NCBI GenBank assembly: GCA_030167865.1
Contig: JALAGF010000504.1
Location: 62,001-126,000 of the forward strand
Direction of reading: 5' to 3'
Source: Craspedostauros australis
Lineage: Eukaryota
DNA length: 64,000 nucleotides
The notes beneath the pieces are model-generated. The model did no database searches, was not told where the DNA came from, and saw nothing but the letters and a program-made list of their open reading frames with translations. Of the stretch, positions 47,060 to 57,692 are shown in pieces; position 1 is the first letter of the stretch; every line of letters starts with the position of its first letter. The position numbers were made by a program, and so were the translations under genes.

Positions 47060-49253
47060 TTACTTTCCGATTTCATGTCTGTGCGTGTGGTTGTTGGATC
47101 CTCCACCACCCCGTCCCGATCCGGAGCGCCCGCGCCCCCCTCGGCCTCTACCCCGTCCCCTGCCTCTGCCGCGGCCTCTTCCACCACCACGACCTCCGCC
47201 GCTGCCGCCATCGTGATGTTTGTGCTTGTGCTGTTGCTGTTTGTCGCCATTGCCTCCTCTGCCACCACCACCGCCGCCACTGCCGCTTCTGTCATCATTT
47301 CCCTTCTTGTTGCCACCACGTCCGCGTCCACCTCGTCCGTGATCGTTGCTGCCCTTGTTCCCGCCCCCACGTCCACCACGGTTTCGTCCACGTTTGTTGT
47401 AAGAGCGATTGGATGAGACGGAGACTTCGTCGGCTGCAGAATGTTTCGAAACATGGATGTACATGAGCGAGAGTGTGCGTGTGTGTCAGTATGAGTATGT
47501 GTGTGTTTGCGTGCATCATGTTGATTGGCATGATGAGAGAATACAATACAATACAATACAATGCAACACAATACAATACAATGCAGTATTGAGCAGAGTG
47601 CAAGACTTACATTGGGATTGATTCACATCGTGATCGTTGTTGGTGTCGTGTTTTGGCTGTATGGTGGCGTGCGAGTCTTTGGATGACTTGGATTGTGGCG
47701 GCGGTGGAGATGACTGCCGTTGATGCTGCTTCTGCTTTTGTTTGTTGTGCTTCTGCTTCGATTGGCCATGGTTGTGCTTCTGTTTGGGCTTGTCGTGTTG
47801 GTGCTTAGATGATGGAGACTTGCGTCCGGATGCTTGCGCCCAGTCGTTCTCTGTCGCAGTGGTAGCAGGAGCAGCTGCAGCAGGAGGAGCATTTTTTGGC
47901 TTGTCGACAGGTGCCTTTGGTGTTACTTTGGGCTTTTCATCCGTAGCATCAGAGGCAGCAGTAGCAGCAACGGCAGAAGCAGCGTCAGTCGCAGTTGTAT
48001 CCGCATCAGGTGCCTTGTCAGCATCACCGTCCTTCGATGCCACGTTGGTGCCTGCTGCTGTGGCTGGTGCGACCTCTTCCTGATTGTCGCTTTTGGGTGC
48101 GTTCGAATCAGTTCCTGGCTCCTTGGCCGTGTCTGCCTGCTCCAATCCGACGGCAGCACGTTGCAGACTGGTCGCTGGTGGGTTGTCCGTCTTCATCTTT
48201 TGCATGGCCGCCTTGAGTGCACCGAACTGCGATTTTCGACGCTCCCTGGACTCCTCGGACTTTCGGCGCTGCATCTCCGCATGCTTGTTCTTCTGCTCCT
48301 CAGCTTCCTTCTCCATCCGAGCATTTCTCTTCGCCATCCAAGCCGATCCGTCCAATGACTTTGACGATGCTTTGGCTGTTCCGCAAAATAATATAAGTTT
48401 GGATGTGATGTGTGAAGTTGTAGACAATTGCAAAAATAGAGTAATTAGAGCAGAGCAGAGCACGTTGTTTCAAAATGTGAAGTCGACAGAAAAGGAGAGG
48501 GAGAGACCGATAGATGGTGAGTGGAAGCAGAGTCTTCGCGTGATGTTTGTGTGTGATCAATAGCCACATCAGTGACAACAGTCACATCAGTCACAACGGC
48601 TGCAAAGCCACACCAGTCACAACACAACAGCAAGAGAGGAAGCAAGTAAACGACCGAACGCAAATGGGAAGACAACGATGCGTACTCGTACCTGCGGAAC
48701 TGAACTGCGACGATGACTTCGCCATCTGCTTCCAGCTGGGTCCACCACCGCCCCCGCCACCACGATTGCCTCCTCTGCCTCCACGGTTGCGATCGTTGTT
48801 GCCACCATCATAGGTCTTTTGGTTGCGACGCGGTGAGCCTCTGGCATCTTGAGAGCCGGAATCTCGCGATCCCCAACGGGATCCGCCACCGTCATTTCTT
48901 CCTCTGGCATCCTGCGCTTGGGCCTGAAGCTGAGACTGCGGCTGCCGCTGGTTCCGCTGAGGAGAGTCTGGCTTTGCTCTCTGCTGCAGCGACGATTGGC
49001 CTGAGTGAGGGCCCCGAGCATCGCGCTGGTTGCGTGATTGATGGCCTCTGTCCGCGTTGGATCCCCGGTTGCTTCGGTCTTGTCCTCCTCTATCATCGTA
49101 TTGCTGCTGCTGCTGCTGCTTCTGCCGCTGTTGATTGCCAGAGCCAGCACCAGCATTCACATTGACCGGCGGAGCGGCTGATGCGGTAGGTGGCGTGTAC
49201 GGCACCTCGTCATCCGAACTGTCGGAATCTCCCCAACGCAAATCGTCTGTCAT
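47060..49253 (-). CDS. Disordered RGG/RG-rich putative RNA-binding protein; 3 exons
   Basis: Exons 49253-48692, 48375-47611 and 47433-47060 splice in frame via GT..AG introns. Starts MTDDLRWGDSDSSDDE, has a central coiled coil WMAKRNARMEKEAEEQK, and ends in an RGG/(RG)n tract. Confidence 0.75.
47541..47582. repeat. (CAATA)n intronic microsatellite
   Basis: Read directly from the sequence. Confidence 0.85.
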
Positions 49254-50192
49254 GGTTGCTTCTTCTGCTTGCTGCTTTCCTTGGTTTGCTTGGTTTGCTT
49301 GGTTTGCTTGGTTTGGCTGCTTTCTTGGTGGCTTGCTCAGCGAGTGTCGCGTGGATTGATGCTCTGTGCGAATGCGCTTGGTAGGTCTCAATGTATAATA
49401 CTATAATGCAATACTATATAATGCTATACTAATAATAGCAAGATAGTGTCACTCAAGGTGTTCTGTCCTTCTCTCGATTGCTCTTCGTGATTGTGCGATG
49501 ATTGTGCGATGCTTGTGCTGTGCTCTGTGTTGTGAGCCTTTCGCTGTTGGTCTTTGCGTGTTCTCTCTGATCTGCTGATTGGTTTGGTTTTGTGGTTTTG
49601 GTTGTCCTCCCTCTGTGTTTTGGTCTTGTGCGGCCAGCCGTTGCGCCATCGTGGCAGATCGCATCGTGCTCCTTTTTGTGGATCTTGTGCCCCGCGATCT
49701 TTTGTCGATCAGTTTGCTCATTGGCGCTAAGTTAGTCGATTTATCTTGCTGCATTTGGCGCTCGTGTGGCGTTGGCGCCTACGGTTGGGGCTCATCTCCT
49801 TCGCGGCAGGAGGTCTTGTCTCTCGCCACCACCATACGACTACTATACGACCCACTATGTACACTCTTGCAGCAACTGTCCTCCTTTGCTTCCGTAATCG
49901 TTCGTGGACGACTGTAGTATTGCTTGGACACATCCGGATTTGCAAGTTGTTTACTCTGATCATAATGGAAGCACAGTGTTCGTGTAATAGTTTACATCTA
50001 TTGTTTTACACTTGTACGCATTTTGAGTTTCAGTCTCGCAGGAACCAGACGACTTCTGGCGCCGTTGTTGATGCTTGGTCGAAGGACATTACTGAAGCTC
50101 ATTGAAAGTCAGCATCATTCGTGGCGGCCCGCTCTGCCGTGCTCTTCTTCCCACCACATGGCATATTGCGCCGCCACGGAAACCTCAGCAAC

Positions 50193-51631
50193 CTAGTCTA
50201 TTGTCCTGCCAGCGGCGGGGACTTCTCCATTCGCATCTGCAGCTCCTGCTGTTGGCGACGCGAGCTGCGCGTTGGACTGCTCGTGCCGAGAATTCTCATC
50301 GAACTCGTACCCGTCGTTGGTCTGCGTGAAGACGAGATCGTCAATGTTCTCGTCGCCCTCCTTTTGCTGCGCCGTACCGTAGACGACTTCAATGGCGTTG
50401 GGCGATTCTCGTCTGGCACCCTCCACCTCGTAGCTGGTCGCCAGCACGGTGCACAGATTCTCATTTGCGGGCGCCTTCGTCCATCCCATCTTCCAGCAGA
50501 TTATGCAAAAGGTGGCGAGGATGACGGCTTCGCAGATACCGTAGAACAGCGGGACGCCAACGGCCCTGGCCTCCTCGTCTCCATCGAACATGGCGACCGC
50601 GATGGATGTGGCAATTCCGGTGTTCTGGTAGCACGCCTCTACGGAGACGGCCACCCGCTCTGGCTTGTCCAGGTTGAATTTGGTGGCCATGTACGAAGCG
50701 ATGATGACGCCGAGCAGGGCAGGTGCCGCAACGCCAAAGTAGAATTCGATGTCCTGATCCCACAGCGACGAGTCATTGGAGCTGGATGAGACGCTGGCAG
50801 AAAAGATGACCAACGAGACGCCGGCCACGTTCCCGATCTTGTTCGCCAGGAGGTTGAATCTGTGCGAGCTGTAGTACGCTGAGCAGAAGAGGCCGGTGGA
50901 AATGCCTCCAATGACGACCACCAACGAGATGAAGAGCGTCGACCAGTGCAACGATTTGACAACTGCGCTGGAGTACGTGCTGGTTGTGTAAATGATGAGG
51001 TTGACTGGCAGCATGACGACGGACAGCAGCGTCGATATGGCCGTCATGGTGACGCTCAGCGCCAGGTCTGCGTTGAACATGGAGCACCACCTGCAAACAA
51101 TGGGAAGGGCAGAAAAGGATGCAATGACATTGTCAATTCGTAATGAAGGAGCAGCGTGGAAATGTGATGCGAAATCGTGGAGAGAACAGCGATGTATTGC
51201 CCATCATACAATACAATATTATATGTCAGAAACGATCACAGCCCAATGGACAGTTGCAACGGTATTTGCATTGCGTGGCGATACGGTGGTAAAATAGCAG
51301 CAACACTCGTACAGCACAGCACAGCAAAACAGAACAACGCAACAGAACGTAATGAACAGAGACAGAGATGGACTTACCAGTTGCTGTAACTGCCTCCTGG
51401 ACTGGATGTGATGACGAGCAGGGCCACTCCCATGGGCGCATCCATGTTGAGCGCCTTGACGATGACGAATCCCACAAAGGGAAGGATGACGAACTGGAGG
51501 GATATGCCCGTGAGCAACGCTACTCGATTCCTCAGCTGCTTCTTGAGATGGCCAATGTCGACTGTCGCGGACATGCCAAAGACGAGGCAAAAGAGGAGGA
51601 CGTTCGTGCCGATCTCTGCAAAGACCCCCAT
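50193..51631 (-). CDS. Bile acid:Na+ symporter family (BASS/SLC10) transporter; 2 exons
   Basis: Exons 51631-51378 and 51090-50193. Motifs LVFGMSAT, GISLQFVILPFVGF, SSPGGSYSNWWCSMFNADLALSVTMTAISTLLS and ERVAVSVEACYQNTGIA. Confidence 0.93.
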
Positions 51632-52684
51632 TGTGTCGTCTCTTGCTGTACCAATGCTCGTTGCGTTCTTTGCTGTGACCTGTGTACTCAGTAGGCACGC
51701 CTCCTTTGTTCTGTTTCTTGCTCAACGCTCTCCCTCCCTCTTTCTCTTTCTTGCTTTGGGCGTACTTCAGCGTCAACCTTCGGTGGCAATGACAGCGCAA
51801 CTGATTCTTGATGTGAGTGGCTGTGTATGGTGCGGGAGTATGATACGATGCTTGTGCGAGATCGTTACTATGCTGTGGTACTCTATTGGTATTGTGATGT
51901 GAAAGAACACAACCTCACCGATTCCCACAAACGATGCATGGACGACAACGACGACGATGACGGCGATGGTGATGATTGTGGTCAACAATGAGAACGAGGA
52001 GATTCCTTCTCTTCGCCTTTCCCTTTTGCGTTTTTGGAGGCGTTGTGTTGCGCAAACGAGACCACATGCGGGACGTGCGAAAAATATGTTGACCAAGAAT
52101 CAGTTTCCCACGATCGGTTTCTTACGGGAATCATCAAAACTGGACTCAGCCAACCATGATCACATGAGTCCATTCGTGCATATCGGTTGACAGCAAGACT
52201 TCCGAGGCAGCCTCCACGTGATGGCTGGGCGAACAGAAACGAAGCGACACGATTGGCCAAGGAGGGACACGCATGCAAGACAGACGCTTCACGTTTGGCG
52301 CCAACAACCAACAAACGAGCCAGGGACTGGTGACACGCTGTGTGGCGGCGTTTTCGCATTTGCTCCTCTCTTCTTTCAGGTTCAGCCTGGTCTCTTTTTC
52401 GTTCGTGGCCTCTCTCCTTCCTTCTTGTTTCGTCTGTTTTCCTCCTCTCCGCTCCTCTGCTCTTCTGCTCCTGATCGTGCCCCCGTTCCTCCTGCAAAGT
52501 CACGAGCAGCATTCACTGATCGGAGTAGAGCAGAGAGCAACAGAGCAATCGGCATTGTCAGTTCGCAATACTACAATACTCGAAACAGTTCAAGAGAAAG
52601 GACAAGACCAAGACACAGACAGAGCGCAGGAGATCATATCCGCACGAGCGCAAGTACAGCACAGGTGGAGCACCATACAGCAAG

Positions 52685-55600
52685 ATGCCGAACAAGGGTG
52701 ACGGGAAGGGCGCGAAGATGTCGCTGTCGACCTTCATGGGCGACTCCCCCTCTTCCAATCCAACGCAGAGTCTTCCAACGGGTCCAAGAACCAGAGGGTG
52801 AGTCCAACACCGCAACCACTGCTGCTGCTGCAAGTCGGATCATGTGGTCTATTTGCGGCAATACCTTTGGCAGTGGCGCTCCTTTTGACCTTGACGAGTG
52901 CGAACATCCGCTGCTTTCACAAATCGTGCACCCACTCACCGATACTGCTTCATTCATTTCGTGCACTCCATTTGGCGTCTTCTTTCTCGGACACTCCTGC
53001 TGAACACATGACTGCTGCTTCCGAATGAACCATCGCTTCCGATTGTTGGACTCTACAATACCTTTGACCGTGACGGTCATTCATTCAATCCTTTCCAACG
53101 CAATACTCAACATTTGGTTCATGTGAAATCACACCATCATCAAACAATCAATGCAATGCAATGCCATGTTCGGTTATTTCATTATCATCGGTGCACTCAT
53201 CATCGCAATCGCCTTTGAATAACATGAAAACAGCCCCGACGACGATGGATCATTCCAGCGTGCACCACGCAATGACGACAGGGACAGACAAGAGGTGTCC
53301 CGAGGTGACAGCGACAACAACTGGCGACGCGGCGGTGGCGGCGGCGGCGGGTTTGGTGATCGCGGCGACAGAGGAGGTTCGTCGTACAGAAGCGGCGGCG
53401 GAGATCGTGGTGGATACAGAAATGACCGTTACGACTCGAGATCAGGCGACGGCGACAGCGGCGGTGGCTGGAGAAGCCGTGGTCCTCCCCGTGATGGACC
53501 GCGCGACGGAGGCAGATTCGGTGGCGCCCCATCGTCCGCTCCCAGTGGCGGAGGTGGTGAACGAAGACGCTTGCAGCTGAAGCCACGAACAAAGGCATCC
53601 GCAGGACCGACCGAGGCCAAGAAGCAGGATGCGGAACCTGCCAAAAAGGCAGAGCAGACCAAGCCAGCTGATTCTGCTGCTGCCAAAGAAGAAAACAAAG
53701 CTGAAGGAGAGACACCTGCTCAGTCCGGCGGCGACGACAAAGAGGACAACAAAAACAACAACGAAGGTCGTGGCAAGCGATCCGAGAAGAAGATCCGCGA
53801 ACCTGAGGTCGTCAATTCACGAGCGGCCATGTTCGGTGATGCACCAACTGCTGGTGGCAGAAAGGTAAGTCGATTGTGCACTGTGCACTCATTGCGTCCG
53901 CATACGCATACGCATACGCATACGTACCAGTCTGCGATGCGCTTCGCTATTTGGTTGCTTCAGTGTTGTTTGTCGGCACCCACAATCCCAATCCAATCAC
54001 TCGATCAATTTTCTCACTCGATACCTTCCATTCATCTCTTCTCCACTCATCCATCCCAAAACAACGACGGCAACAAACAACAAACTCACGACCTTCTGCT
54101 TTCATCATTTTCATCTCCAGAACAACAACAACAATACCAATCGCCGTGAGGGAGGCGCGCGACGCAACAACGCACCGCCGCCGGTGGTGAACAAGCGCTT
54201 CGAGCAGCTCGCAGACGAGGAGAGGGAGAAGCAACGCGAACGGGAAAGCCGACGCGCTCCGGCTCCCACAGAAAACAGCCGTTTCGCCGCCTTGTCTCTG
54301 GAAGAGAAGAATGCTGCCAAACGCGATGGCTCCGACGACGAGCCAAACGATGACGCGGATGGTCCTTCGCAACGTACCCGCGAAAAAGATGCGCCTCCGC
54401 TCGTCGCCAACTCCAGATTCACCGCCCTCGCAGACGAGGACAGGGAAAAGGACGGCCCATCGGACGGCGGGAACTTCCGTCGTGATAGAGACGATCGCGG
54501 CCCACCACCTGTTGCCAACTCCCGATTTGCCCGTGCGGCCGAGGAGGACATGGATTATCGCCGTGACAGAGACGATCGTGGCCCACCTCCAACGGCCAAC
54601 TCCCGATTTGCTCGTGCCGCTGAAGAGGACATGGACTATCGTCGTGACAGGGATGATCGCGGTCCCCCCCCAACGACAAACTCGCGATTTGCTCGTGCTG
54701 CGGAAGAGATGAACTACAGCCGTGACAGGGATGATCGTGGCCCACCGCCTGTTGCCAACTCCCGATTTGCACGTGCAGCGGAGGAGGATATGGATTACCG
54801 TCGCGACAGAGACGATCGCGGCCCACCACCCGTGGCCAACTCTCGATTTTCGCGAGCCGCCGATGAGGACAGAGGCAACGACGACTACGATCGCTCAGCC
54901 GGACGCGGCAACTACCGCGACAGAGACGATCGCGGCCCACCACCCGTGGCCAACTCCCGATTTTCGCGAGCCGCCGATGAGGACAGAGGCAACGATGGCT
55001 ACGATCGCCCAGCCGGACGCGGCAACTACCGCGACAGGGATGACCGCGGTCCACCTCCGGTCGCCAACTCCCGATTTGCCGCAGCCGCTGCGGAGGCCGA
55101 GCAGGAACGCGAGCAGTACTACCAGGAGCGAGACCGCAGGCGGGAGGAGTACGGTCGCGGCACTGGACGCGACTTTGGAGGATATGGGCGTGACGGTGGC
55201 GGCGGCGGCGGACGGTACGGACGCGACAGTATGGGCCAGCCAGAATTGCCACGGTATAGCAGAGCAACGGAGGATGCCGAGAATGCTCCAAAGCCGACTC
55301 TGCAGGTGCCTGCCTTGAAGCCAAAGGACATTGCTGTGGACAAGTTCCTGAAACCCAAGCAACGCGAAGCGACCGACAATATGCTATCCATGCCGCCAGC
55401 GCGTGAGCATGACGACAACATATTCAAGATCCCAACAAAGTCGAAGAAGGACGACGACGAAGCAGAACAAGCGAAGCCAGCCAAGGCGGCTCCAGCACCG
55501 GCCCCAGTCGAGGACACGCCATCGAAGGATCTGCTCAGCGCCGAGGAATTTGCCAGCGGCGACACGTTGGGAGAAGACCTGAAGAAGCTGTGCGACGAAC

Positions 55601-56013
55601 GTGGTCTGCTGAGCATCCGCGAATCCGTGCGTGCCATTTTGGCCAAGCAATCCGAGCCCGATCCAGAATGCGGGTGGGCCGCCGAAGACAAGTACGGCGC
55701 GGCCTTGGTGGCTCTGGCCGAGGAGGATTTGCTGAAGCAGCTGGAGATCCTATTCGCGATCCAGATCCACTGCGACAGCATCGGATTCCCCAAGGTGGAC
55801 GGAGAGTACATCGTCCAGAGCATGTTCCGTGCGATGTACAAGTACGACCTGGCAGGCGAAGATGCATTCGAGATGTGGAAGGAAGACGAGGGTGACAACA
55901 ACCGCGTCGGAAAGTTGAAGACTATCATCCAGACGACTGAATGGTTCGCCTGGCTCGAAGAGGATGACGACGACGACGATGAGGAGGAGGAAGACGAAGG
56001 GGAGGAGGAATAA
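52685..56013 (+). CDS. eIF4B-like protein fused to a C-terminal W2 (eIF4G/eIF5/eIF2B-epsilon-type) domain; 3 exons
   Basis: Exons 52685-52797, 53234-53864 and 54121-56013 splice in frame. eIF4B-like motifs KMSLSTFM, LPTGPR, SRGDSDNNWRR, a D/R/Y/G-rich tract and ERRRLQLKPRT. W2 AA-boxes MFRAMYKYDLAGEDAFEMW and TTEWFAWLEEDDDD. Confidence 0.8.
54478..55083 (+). repeat. Coding minisatellite: seven DRDDRGPPPxxNSRF units (spacing 81, 81, 78, 81, 114, 114 bp)
   Basis: Unit starts (GAYGAYCGYGGYCC) at about 54490, 54571, 54652, 54730, 54811, 54925 and 55039. Confidence 0.9.
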
Positions 56014-57692
56014 AGAGCATGCTGCGTCGTTCGTGACCCAGAGACAACTTTCGTGCCATGCTGCGGTGTTTGGCAAAGGAATACCAATACTGCATGGTAC
56101 TTACTCCGGGCAACAATGCGAGCATGTATCACTGCACACATGCTCACACATTGCAACGTGATGCGACATGATGTTAAGGCTACACAATACTGAACGAAGA
56201 AACGAAATAATTAAAACAAACAAGCAAACAGACGAATATAGTAATACACACTACGATAGGGACGAAGACGATTTCATGGCACGCAGTACAGGTATTGGTA
56301 GGAATGGTGGATGGCTTGAGATGAGATGATGTCCGAGCCCCCATCCCCATGTGTTTGAATGGTCATGTGCATCGTGATGGATGGGATTGATGTTGGGCGG
56401 GATGCTGGGATTGCACCACGTTTTGTGCCATGTTCTGTACTATGCCACGTTTGGTATTCGCTGTGTTGTGCAGCTGTGGTTGCAAGAATCATGTTCTCTC
56501 TCTGTCCCTCATTCATTTCTGAGCAATCGCTCTTTCCTCTTTGGCGCTTTGTTCGGGAGGAATCGCCGAACGAGGTTTGCGGGAAAGAGGAACAAGAAGC
56601 TGGGTCTCCATCGTTCCACTTGATATCGGAAGGTTTGACCTAAGTAAAATAACGGTGGGACATTTGTTTTTGGTGGGTTATGCCAACGACGGCGGCGTAA
56701 AATTGTCGAGGGCACAAGATCGGCGGGCGGGATGATGTGACAGATGTGACATTTCCAATGTGAATCTCCACACGATTGCTTGTGTGCTTGTGTCTTGTGT
56801 GAACCGAGGGTGGAGCTGCTTGCGTCGGTGTCACGGATGGTGTTGGTTGCGAACGTAGATGCGAATCCACTGAAGCTCCTTCCCAACAATTCGCACACTT
56901 TCTCGCGGCATCCCATCGCGACTGGAGATCGTATCGTGAGTGCAGGTCGCAGAAAAGCGCGAGTATCACACAAGAGAGAACACGATCATGAAGAAGGCGA
57001 TAACACCGGCAACATCAACATCAAAAGGAGCAACAGAAACATCGACAGTGGTTCAGACACAGATGCAAACACAGATGCAGGTGTGCATGATGACGGACAA
57101 CATCATCCAGAAGGTGTCGCAGTCACCTCCACAATCGAGGCCGCGGCAAACACAATCGCGAATGCAAGCGAAGGCACAAATGCGGGCACAAGCAGAGACG
57201 AGATCGTGTGGAGAGGCAAGCGCTGTCTGCATGAAGGGCGCCTCGGCTGGAAGTTCTCAACGCCAATTCTCATCACGAGACTGCCCCAAGAAGCGAATGC
57301 GATCTGAACAGTCCACAGGAACCTTCACCACAGCACACGCCGAGACGACGGTCACGATGGACAGGAGCACATGTGACACGATGGACAGCCGGACGAGAGC
57401 AGCGCAATCGCAATCACAAACACAGCCACAGGCTTTAGCGTCCACGCAAGGGAATACAACAGCAGCGGCTTCGCCATTGTCAGAACCAACGCGGTCCACG
57501 GAGGTCATGACGGGAGCTGCCATCAGCATGGACGCTGGCATTGACATGGCGGAAACCTGGTGCGCAAAAACGCCAAATGGCAGCAGATGTTCACAACTGC
57601 ACGTTCCCGCTCCTCAAGCGCCAGCCGCAGCATCAGTCCAAGCACCAAGACGATGCACGCCACGGGCTCCGTTGATCGGTCATGGTCGCAAG

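Noticed and set aside
50193-51631. Plastid BASS2-type pyruvate transporter
   Set aside because: The protein starts directly at the first TM helix with no bipartite leader, so substrate and location cannot be assigned.
54478-55083. Regularly spaced direct repeats resembling a CRISPR array
   Set aside because: Units are in-frame multiples of 3 with synonymous variation, the spacers are themselves repeated, and there are no cas genes. It is a coding minisatellite.
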